A stretch of DNA of 64,000 nucleotides from an uncultured Ignavibacteriota bacterium (GTDB taxonomy: Bacteria > Bacteroidota > Ignavibacteria > UBA10030 > UBA8401). A program made the position numbers and the translations under genes. Below the pieces are notes generated by a model. That model was not told the origin of the DNA. It did no database searches and saw nothing but the letters and a program-made list of their open reading frames with translations. The stretch spans positions 7,472 through 71,471 of the forward strand of contig CAJBTU010000084.1 in assembly GCA_903958625.1 (NCBI GenBank), in the 5' to 3' direction. Numbering within the stretch: the first letter of the stretch is position 1; the number at the start of each line of letters is the position of its first letter. Positions 38,318 through 46,441 of the stretch are shown piece after piece.

Positions 38318-39082
38318 ATGAATCCATTAAAAGTACTGGTGGTTGATGATAATATCATCAATCAAAAAGTAGCGGTGAAGATGCTCGAACGGCTGAGTAT
38401 TCAAACCGTTGTGGCAAACAATGGAATTGAAGCGGTGGAGGCGTTAAAAATTAATCGTTTCGACATGATCCTGATGGACATTCAAATGCCGGACATGGAT
38501 GGTTTAGAAGCGACGAGAACGATCCGAACGATCGAGGGAAATGAATTCCATACGGTTATTATTGCGCTCACGGCAAATGCTATGCAGGGAGACCGTGAAC
38601 GCTGTTTACAGGCGGGGATGGATGATTATCTGTCGAAACCTATCAAGCAGAATGATATTGATGGAATGGTCGAAAAATGGCTTTCAGTCAAACCGGCGGT
38701 CGATAGCGGTAAGGCCGAAGCTGCCGATGCAGCGTTTAAGGCGATTATCGATCCAAAACGGATAGAGGAGATCAAAGAGATTGGCGACGACGGTCTTCTG
38801 AAAGAACTTTTGAACCTGTATCTAGAAGATCTCAAACAGTTTTCACGGGAGGTCTTGTCGGCGCAGAACGCCGGCAACTTCCAGCTGATCTACGAAAGTT
38901 CGCATAAGCTGAAAGGCTCTTCGGCCAATCTCGGCGTTGAATCCATACGGCAGGCGTGTATTCAAATGGAGCAATTCGCAAAGGACCGCGATCCTGCGAA
39001 GATCTCGGTTCAATTGACCGCCATGCAGGAAACAATGGAACAGATACGAATGTTTATTACGGTAAAATTTCCCGCACAATAA
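38318..39082 (+). CDS. response-regulator receiver (REC) domain fused to an HPt phosphotransfer domain
   Basis: VLVVDDN...ILMDIQMPDMDG...ALTANA...KP (REC). The C-terminal SHKLKGSSANLG is the HPt histidine motif. Confidence 0.85.
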   Translation: MNPLKVLVVDDNIINQKVAVKMLERLSIQTVVANNGIEAVEALKINRFDMILMDIQMPDMDGLEATRTIRTIEGNEFHTVIIALTANAMQGDRERCLQAGMDDYLSKPIKQNDIDGMVEKWLSVKPAVDSGKAEAADAAFKAIIDPKRIEEIKEIGDDGLLKELLNLYLEDLKQFSREVLSAQNAGNFQLIYESSHKLKGSSANLGVESIRQACIQMEQFAKDRDPAKISVQLTAMQETMEQIRMFITVKFPAQ

Positions 39083-39151
39083 ATCCACTTTTTCTTCTCG
39101 TAAAAAGTTGCGTATATTCTCCCAGCAAAATTTTAACATAAAGGAATCTCA

Positions 39152-40015
39152 ATGAAAGGTATTGTCCTCGCCGGCGGCTCAGGAACGCGTCTCTATCCTA
39201 TCACGAAAGTGTACAGTAAACAACTGACGATCATTTATGATAAACCGTTGATTTATTATCCTCTCTCTATTTTGATGCTGGGGGGGATCAAGGACATCTT
39301 GATCGTGTCGAACAAAGAAACGATTCCGATGTACCAGACGTTGTTCGGCGATGGCGCTCATCTTGGATTGTCCATCAGCTACGTGCTGCAGCAGGCGCCA
39401 AATGGCATTGCTGAATCGTTCATCCTTGGTGAACAATTCATCGGCAACGACAGCGTCACACTTGTCCTCGGCGACAACATTTTCTACGGACAGCTGGATT
39501 TCTTCTATAATGCGCTGAAGCGTAAAGAAGGGGCAACAATCTTCGGATACCGCGTTAATGATCCTGACCGGTATGGCGTTGTTGAATTCGATAAAAGCGG
39601 CAGGGCGATATCGATAGAAGAGAAACCGAAACAGCCGAAATCGAATTTTGCCGTTCCGGGTCTGTATGTCTACGACAACAAAGTTGTCGAGATCTCAAAG
39701 AACATCAAACCCTCTCCGCGCGGCGAACTGGAGATCACCGATGTAAACAATACGTATATGCGTTCGCAAAAACTTCAGGTGGAAAAGATCGGCCGCGGCG
39801 TTGCGTGGCTCGATACCGGAACGCCGGAAGCGCTGCTGCAGGCGGCGAACTTTTTCGGCGTCATCGAGGACCGGCAGGGTCTGAAAGTTGCCTGCATTGA
39901 AGAGATCGCTTATCTGATGAAATTTATCGATCACGAACAGTTCGAAAAAGTGATCGATGGCATTCCCCGGTCGGCGTACCGCACCTATCTTGAAAGAATA
40001 ATACACGAAGAGTGA
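39152..40015 (+). CDS. rfbA: glucose-1-phosphate thymidylyltransferase
   Basis: GIVLAGGSGTRLYPIT, LGDNIF, GVAWLDTGT. Confidence 0.95.
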   Translation: MKGIVLAGGSGTRLYPITKVYSKQLTIIYDKPLIYYPLSILMLGGIKDILIVSNKETIPMYQTLFGDGAHLGLSISYVLQQAPNGIAESFILGEQFIGNDSVTLVLGDNIFYGQLDFFYNALKRKEGATIFGYRVNDPDRYGVVEFDKSGRAISIEEKPKQPKSNFAVPGLYVYDNKVVEISKNIKPSPRGELEITDVNNTYMRSQKLQVEKIGRGVAWLDTGTPEALLQAANFFGVIEDRQGLKVACIEEIAYLMKFIDHEQFEKVIDGIPRSAYRTYLERIIHEE

Positions 40016-40017
40016 AT

Positions 40018-40569
40018 ATGAATTTCCAAAAAAGTCCATTGGATGGCGTCGTTGTTATTTATCCGAACGTGCTGCGGGATGACCGCGGATATTTTTTCGA
40101 AGCGTTCAGCAAAAAACGATACAGCGAGATCTGCGGCAATATTGATTTTGTTCAGGACAATGTTTCCGAATCCGTCAAAGAGACGATCCGCGGATTACAT
40201 TATCAGGTCGGTGAATTTGCCCAGGGGAAATTATGCAAGGTCCTGTCGGGAAAGGTGATGGATGTTGCTGTGGATATCCGTTTTGGCTCGCCTACCTTCG
40301 GGAAATATTTTGCCACCGAGCTTTCCGAGGAGAACAGCGCGCAATTATGGATCCCGCCCGGATTTGCGCACGGCTTTTCCGTATTATCGGAAAAAGCGGT
40401 GTTCCACTATAAATGCACCAATTATTATTCAAAAGAACACGAACGCGCCATCCGGTTCAACGATCCTTTCTTAAACATACTATGGCAGGTAAAAAATCCG
40501 AATGTCTCTCAAAAGGATCTCGCAGCCCCGCTGTTTTCCGAGATCGAAAAAGATTTTACCATTTCGTGA
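40018..40569 (+). CDS. rfbC: dTDP-4-dehydrorhamnose 3,5-epimerase
   Basis: DDRGYFFE, RGLHYQ and GFAHGF motifs. ATG at 40018; GTG at 40012, overlapping the rfbA stop, is an alternative start. Confidence 0.9.
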   Translation: MNFQKSPLDGVVVIYPNVLRDDRGYFFEAFSKKRYSEICGNIDFVQDNVSESVKETIRGLHYQVGEFAQGKLCKVLSGKVMDVAVDIRFGSPTFGKYFATELSEENSAQLWIPPGFAHGFSVLSEKAVFHYKCTNYYSKEHERAIRFNDPFLNILWQVKNPNVSQKDLAAPLFSEIEKDFTIS

Positions 40570-40766
40570 TTGCATTATTGCCGTAAAATCACCAGTTTTG
40601 CACTATACCTTCCCCGATTCCCAACACAAGACGGAGACAATGTACCACACATCACGCGGTGTGATAGCACTAACAGTACAATAAGCTGTTTTCGCATATT
40701 ATTCTGCAGTTTAAAAGTAACTGCAACATATTTCAACGCTGGGAGCTGAAAGAAAGGACGATCATT

Positions 40767-43700
40767 ATGAATCGTTTGATACGCATTTCATTGTTTACAT
40801 ATTTTCTTCTCTTTCAAACTCTTTCATCAAAATCATTCGCCGATGTTTTCGCGACGGGTTCTGCGGCGGGCGTTATTACATCCGATACCATTTGGACACT
40901 TGCAAGCAGTCCCATTGCCGTGACAAGTTCTGTAACAATACAAAATGGCGTGTCGTTGACCATTGAGAACGGTGTTGTTGTGAAGTTTAACGCTGGTACG
41001 GGTCTTATCGTTTCAGGAAAACTGGTCTCTTCCGGCGTGACATTTACGGCAAACAGCGTAACACCAACGCCGGGATTTTGGAACGGAATTGAATTCCAGA
41101 ATACGGCAAATGTCGGATCGGTCTTCACCAATTGCCTCGTGGAATTCGGAGGAGGGGGTACGACGGTATCCAACATCTTCTACAAGACCGGTGCATTCAG
41201 TATTCCGATCTCCTGGTGTATGGTGACGAACAGTTTTCTTCACGGCATCAACACAAGAGCTTCTTCCCCCGCCATCACCAATTGCTCAATAAAAAACAAT
41301 TTAGGTTTCGGGGTCTTTAGCGACCTTCTCTCCAATTTTTCGGTCGACTCAAGCACTGTTTCAAATAACACACAAGGCGGAATTCGAATTCCATTGAATT
41401 CTTCCGCGAAGATATTCCGGTCGATTATCGATACGAATGGAATTGGAATTTACATCGATAACGCTTCGGTAGACACGATCCGTTTCAATACAATACGGAT
41501 GAACGGGACGGGAATTCAAATTCAATATTCTACAGGAACGACGCAATCAGATATCTCGAACAATAATATTTATAATAATATTGTCTCGGGATTTGCTCAG
41601 ATCGGAACGGGTGTGGTTAGGGTGGAGCGGAACTACTGGGGCACAGTCAGCGGTCCGTTCCATCAGTTTACAAATCCCGGAGGGAAAGGGAATACGGTAA
41701 GCGATAATGTGGATTATGTTCCGTGGCTTTCCGGTTCTCCGACTCTTTCGGTGACCAATATTACCGCCAATATTACCACTCCGACCACGTGGAATTCCGG
41801 GGTGTATTGGATAAAGAATACGATCACCGTTTCAAGTACCCTCACCATTAAACCGAACGTTATCGTCAAATTTGCTCCGGGCACATACATGTCTATTAAC
41901 GGAGTTCTTCTTGCCGACGGAACGAGTGCTGATTCTATGATCGTATTTACGTCGCAGTACGATGATGTGTATGGAGGCGACAGTAACGGCGATGGATTTA
42001 CTACCCAACCGGCAAAAGGGGATTGGAATAAAGTGGAATTGAATGGCGGCGGAAACGCCAGCTCGATTGTGCGGTATTGTCTTTTCCAGTATGGTGGAAG
42101 CGGCAGCAATGGAAATCTTTATGTCTATTCTGTGAATCCGGCGGTAATTTCCAATATCTATTCGATCAACAGCAGTTCATACGGAGTGCGTCTCTATTCA
42201 TGCAGCAATGCCGTCATCGATAGCAGTGTTTTTTCCGGCAACACTCTTTACGGCATCTATCAATCCTACGGTCACCTTACATCGCACAATACAAAATTGC
42301 TGGGCTGCAATTACGGGATCATTACGGATTATAACGGCCGATTTGCCGGATACAATCTCCGCGTAACGGACAATGCGATCAATGGTATCCATGCCGACGG
42401 CGGTTCGAGCGGAGCCACCATTGAAGTATTGAATAATTGTTACATCGCCCGTAATAAAAATATCGGCGTGTACAATTATTATGCAAAAGGCACACAGTTA
42501 TTTACCGACAACGTATCGGAGAGTAATGCGAACGCCGGAATGTTCATTCATAATGTTGATACAAAGATTGAATTCACAAGAGATACAGTCCGGAACAACG
42601 GCGGCGATGGGATTACCACTTCGAAAGCACACCTTGCAAACAATGTTATCTCCGGGAATAAATATCCGATAGGCGTAGTGGGAAGTCAGGGGTGTACTTT
42701 TGAAGGAAATACGATCTCCGGCAACATCTTTAATAACGCGATCGCTTTACGGATGAACAGGGAGTCATTACGAGATACGCTGAAAGCGTTATTTCCCGCC
42801 GGGATAACTTCGGGAACATATGTAATGACAGAAAACAGCAATGGGAGCGGTATTTCGGCGGGAGATACGTTGACGATCGAACCGGGAGTGATCATTAAGA
42901 TGGTTGATGGAATGTATTTCAACATTTACGGTACATTGATCGCGAACGGAACAAATGCAAAGCCGATCATCATAACGTCGTGTAGAGACTCAACGGCCGG
43001 AGGGAAAACATTAGCGCAGAACGACTTTTCAAAACCGGCACCCAATGATTGGGAATATTTTCTGCTGGGAGGAAGTTCTGATAATTCGCAAATAAGTTAT
43101 TGCCTGTTCAAATACGGCGGCAGGGGCGGTAACGGGATGTTAAATTTGAGCTATAGAACGATGTCGAATGTCATAGCAAACGCCTTATTCAGGAAATCTG
43201 GTTCAATGGGTATTCGTTCGTATAATTCTAAGTTCACCATTATCAATTCACAAATCGACAGCTGCAATTCGTATGCAATTTACGCAGACGGAGGCTCCCC
43301 CCGTTCCGATGTTACGGTCCGGTTCTGTACTATACAAGATATCAGCGCCGTCGGTTTACGAGCAGTTTATACCTCCGGATTCCGGGAGGTTTCCAATTCC
43401 GTGATAAGACGCTGCGCCGGAAGCGGCATCGGGGTCGATGATTCTTCGATTCCGCAGACATTCTTCGGTGATTCAATAGCTCATAATACAGAATATGGTA
43501 TATACACGTCATCTTCGACACTGTCGCAGAATGATATTCAATTTATCGGAAATGTCATCTATGACAACACTCTTGACGGGATTGTTTCATCGGCGGCAAG
43601 ATTTATCGACAACGAGATCGTTAAAAATAGATTCCCCATAGGGTGCTACGGCATGGTCGGGAATTCGTATGTTGACAATAATAATGTTGATGGAAATATC

Positions 43701-46421
43701 ATCGCATTGAATACATATAATAATGCAGTGATTCTGCGTAATCAGATCTCCGATTCACTGAAAAATATTTTCCCGGCCGCAATGGGAACAACCCATGCCT
43801 ATGTTGTGCAAAATTATATTTCCATATCGAGTGGAAAACAACTCACGATCGATCCGGGTGTTGTCATAAAGTTCCAGTCAGTAAACGGATATTATTATAA
43901 TTTTGATCTTTACGGTACATTGAATGCTCAAGGAACAATAGCGAACCCGGTTATTTTCACTTCATGGCTTGATAATTCCGCCGGAGGAAAAACTTCAGCC
44001 CTTAATGACACGGCAGCCGTTGCACCCGGGGATTGGAATCATATTGCCTTTCACGACGGCAGCGGCAATTCCATTGTACGGTTTTGTGATTTTCGTTACG
44101 GAGGGCAGAATGGATATGAAGAGATATTGTTTGATTACAATTTAGCATCCCTCGTGTTCAACAATAATATCGTGCGTAAATCGGCCGCCAGCGGGATGAG
44201 CGTCTCTTCAACATCTTTAATAATCGACAGCTGTGCTATTGCGGATAATGCAAAACACGGACTAATGATTTACAATAGCGCGAACAATAATGTCCGCCTG
44301 CGGAATACGAAATTTATCAATAATGTTTTGCACGGCATCAATAAAGATGTCAACGCAAAGATATTAGAGATCTCCGGTTGTACGTTTTCCGGAAACCTGG
44401 GCAACGGTATGTATGTTGATTCAAATCCCGCGAAGGCGATTGTGATAGGAAACACCGTGATGAATAATGCCGGAGCCGGTATTTATTTTACGGCGCAGGA
44501 CAACACTCTTGATACATTGCTTCTGATTACCGGAAATAAAATACGTAATAACGGCGGGGCCGGTTTAGTTATTTCCAGAGCGTATGTCCTTGATGATTCT
44601 ATCACGGGAAATAAATATGCCATTAGTGTGACAGGTCAATTAAGTCTTTCCGGGAGCGGTAATAACGCCGGGAATGTGTACGGTGGGAATTATATTGCGG
44701 GAAATATCTATGAAGGGACCCTTGCCGCCGAAGGAACAATGTATGGAATGCTGGGACAGGTGTTCCCGAACGGATATACATCAAAAGTGATAGCGGCACG
44801 CGGAAATCTTTATGTTCCGAACGGAAGCACCCTTTCAGTATATCCCGGTTCGATCATAAAATTTTCCAATGAGTTCGGGATACCGTATCTATACGTAGAC
44901 GGTGTGCTGAACTGCAATGGCCTATCCAATGCCAAGATTGTATTTACATCGTGGAAGGATGATGTCTTCGGCGGTGATTCTAATTTGGATTCGGCTTCGA
45001 CGATTCCACAGCCGGGAAATTGGCGTCAGATCTATTTGAATGGTGATGCCGTGCCGTCCATATTCAAACATACGATCGTCAAATTTGGCGGAGTCAACAA
45101 TTATGAGATGATTGAATCGAACGGCAACAGCTTTGTTATGGATTCCTGTGTTGTATCGTTTGGCCAGTATGACGGGTTCTACATCCAAAATGCAGATCCG
45201 ACTATATCCGGCACTGACATCCATCATAATAATCAATACGGGATCTTTGTTGCTTATTCGTCGAGTCTTATATTGAATTATAACAACATTTATCAGAATG
45301 GCGGCGGACTGTACACGTACGCAATTTCATCGACGGATACCGTGAACGCAAGGAATAATTTCTGGGGTGCTCAAACCGGACCGTTGGTGAGCAGCGGCCC
45401 GGATCAAAATTTAACCGGTACAGGAGATAAGATTCAATTTGCGGGGACCTGGAACGTAAAATACCGGCCATATCTCTTTACACGTTCCGGAATTTTGTTT
45501 GGAGATGTCAGCGGCAACGGGCAGATATCGGCCTATGATGGTTCATTGATACTTCAGAATTTGGTGAATCCAGCCACCTTTCCGCTGAATGTAATTCAAC
45601 GTACCGCGGCCAATGTTAGCGGAGATACTACTGTAAGTGCTCTTGATGCTTCGTACATTTTACGCTATGTTGTCGGACTGATCTCGGGATTTCCGGGTCT
45701 GGGTAAACAATCATTGGAAACGGATATTGCATCGGCATTCTCCTTTAACATCGTTAAAGGATCGGATCCCGGTGAATTTGACCTTATCATCCATTTGAAT
45801 AAGCCGACAAATATCTATGGGTTGAACTTTAGTTTATCATTTGATACAACATTGATAAAGCCCATTACCATTGAAAAAACAATGGAAACCGACAGTATGG
45901 CAATGTCTTTTGCTCTGCCTCATGGATATGCAAATATTGCTATGGCCGGCATCACACCCCTGAATACCGAAGGGAATGTTGCCCGACTGCGCTTTGCATT
46001 GCTTGATCCGGCAAAAGCTGTCAAGGAAGTACTGTTTACGGTAAAGAAATTCGTGCTGAATGAAACGGATGTCACCGGCGATGTGGGCTCTATCATATTG
46101 AATGTAAAAGACATTGTCGAAATTCCATCCTCGTTTGGATTGTCGCAGAATTTTCCCAATCCGTTCAATCCTTCGACGACGATCCAGTATCAAATTCCCG
46201 AGGTAAGTTCTGTAAGAATAGGGATCTATAACATGCTTGGTCAGGAAGTGAAGACTCTGGTGAACGGAGAACAAGGTGCAGGATTCTATTCGTTGGAATG
46301 GAACGGAACGGACAATACCAATATCTCACTGGCAAGCGGCATTTATATCTATAGAATAGATGCGGCAGTTCAAGGGAAACAGCGATTCACGCAAGTGAAA
46401 AAAATGATCATGCTAAAATAA
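40767..46421 (+). CDS. giant secreted right-handed beta-helix (PbH1) repeat protein with dockerin-like and cohesin-like modules and a T9SS type-A C-terminal sorting domain
   Basis: 1884 aa. Signal peptide ...SSKSFA/DV. Many PbH1-like turns (N.I..N...GI). Five supermodules. GDVSGNGQISAYD...NVSGDTTVSALD dockerin-like pair. A cohesin-like beta-sandwich. C-terminal QNFPNPFNPSTTIQY...GIYIYRI...KKMIMLK tail. Confidence 0.85.
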   Translation: MNRLIRISLFTYFLLFQTLSSKSFADVFATGSAAGVITSDTIWTLASSPIAVTSSVTIQNGVSLTIENGVVVKFNAGTGLIVSGKLVSSGVTFTANSVTPTPGFWNGIEFQNTANVGSVFTNCLVEFGGGGTTVSNIFYKTGAFSIPISWCMVTNSFLHGINTRASSPAITNCSIKNNLGFGVFSDLLSNFSVDSSTVSNNTQGGIRIPLNSSAKIFRSIIDTNGIGIYIDNASVDTIRFNTIRMNGTGIQIQYSTGTTQSDISNNNIYNNIVSGFAQIGTGVVRVERNYWGTVSGPFHQFTNPGGKGNTVSDNVDYVPWLSGSPTLSVTNITANITTPTTWNSGVYWIKNTITVSSTLTIKPNVIVKFAPGTYMSINGVLLADGTSADSMIVFTSQYDDVYGGDSNGDGFTTQPAKGDWNKVELNGGGNASSIVRYCLFQYGGSGSNGNLYVYSVNPAVISNIYSINSSSYGVRLYSCSNAVIDSSVFSGNTLYGIYQSYGHLTSHNTKLLGCNYGIITDYNGRFAGYNLRVTDNAINGIHADGGSSGATIEVLNNCYIARNKNIGVYNYYAKGTQLFTDNVSESNANAGMFIHNVDTKIEFTRDTVRNNGGDGITTSKAHLANNVISGNKYPIGVVGSQGCTFEGNTISGNIFNNAIALRMNRESLRDTLKALFPAGITSGTYVMTENSNGSGISAGDTLTIEPGVIIKMVDGMYFNIYGTLIANGTNAKPIIITSCRDSTAGGKTLAQNDFSKPAPNDWEYFLLGGSSDNSQISYCLFKYGGRGGNGMLNLSYRTMSNVIANALFRKSGSMGIRSYNSKFTIINSQIDSCNSYAIYADGGSPRSDVTVRFCTIQDISAVGLRAVYTSGFREVSNSVIRRCAGSGIGVDDSSIPQTFFGDSIAHNTEYGIYTSSSTLSQNDIQFIGNVIYDNTLDGIVSSAARFIDNEIVKNRFPIGCYGMVGNSYVDNNNVDGNIIALNTYNNAVILRNQISDSLKNIFPAAMGTTHAYVVQNYISISSGKQLTIDPGVVIKFQSVNGYYYNFDLYGTLNAQGTIANPVIFTSWLDNSAGGKTSALNDTAAVAPGDWNHIAFHDGSGNSIVRFCDFRYGGQNGYEEILFDYNLASLVFNNNIVRKSAASGMSVSSTSLIIDSCAIADNAKHGLMIYNSANNNVRLRNTKFINNVLHGINKDVNAKILEISGCTFSGNLGNGMYVDSNPAKAIVIGNTVMNNAGAGIYFTAQDNTLDTLLLITGNKIRNNGGAGLVISRAYVLDDSITGNKYAISVTGQLSLSGSGNNAGNVYGGNYIAGNIYEGTLAAEGTMYGMLGQVFPNGYTSKVIAARGNLYVPNGSTLSVYPGSIIKFSNEFGIPYLYVDGVLNCNGLSNAKIVFTSWKDDVFGGDSNLDSASTIPQPGNWRQIYLNGDAVPSIFKHTIVKFGGVNNYEMIESNGNSFVMDSCVVSFGQYDGFYIQNADPTISGTDIHHNNQYGIFVAYSSSLILNYNNIYQNGGGLYTYAISSTDTVNARNNFWGAQTGPLVSSGPDQNLTGTGDKIQFAGTWNVKYRPYLFTRSGILFGDVSGNGQISAYDGSLILQNLVNPATFPLNVIQRTAANVSGDTTVSALDASYILRYVVGLISGFPGLGKQSLETDIASAFSFNIVKGSDPGEFDLIIHLNKPTNIYGLNFSLSFDTTLIKPITIEKTMETDSMAMSFALPHGYANIAMAGITPLNTEGNVARLRFALLDPAKAVKEVLFTVKKFVLNETDVTGDVGSIILNVKDIVEIPSSFGLSQNFPNPFNPSTTIQYQIPEVSSVRIGIYNMLGQEVKTLVNGEQGAGFYSLEWNGTDNTNISLASGIYIYRIDAAVQGKQRFTQVKKMIMLK
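40870..45480 (+). repeat. five tandem 0.9-1.0 kb coding supermodules inside the beta-helix giant
   Basis: Module starts are near 40870, 41770, 42805, 43790 and 44775. Each opens with ..LTI.PGV.IKF...G.L.A.GT....I.FTS..D...GG......P..GDW..I.......S....C.F.YGG..G and continues with PbH1 turns. Divergent at the DNA level. Confidence 0.7.
45501..45690 (+). other. dockerin-like module (two calcium-loop segments)
   Basis: GDVSGNGQISAYDGSLILQNLV and ANVSGDTTVSALDASYILRYVVG both fit the D/N-x-[SN]-x-[DN]-G/T-x-[IV]-x-x-x-D loop plus helix of type I dockerin repeats. Confidence 0.6.
45730..46080 (+). other. cohesin-like module
   Basis: FSFNIVKGSDPGEFDLIIHLNKPTNIYGLNFSLSFDTTLIKPITIEK...GNVARLRFALLDPAKAVKEVLFTVKKFVLNE resembles the cohesin pattern (..V.V.....I.G.QF.L.YD...L........G..A.I.F.V...). 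Confidence 0.5.
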
Positions 46422-46441
46422 CGAACCATAAAAACCATCCA

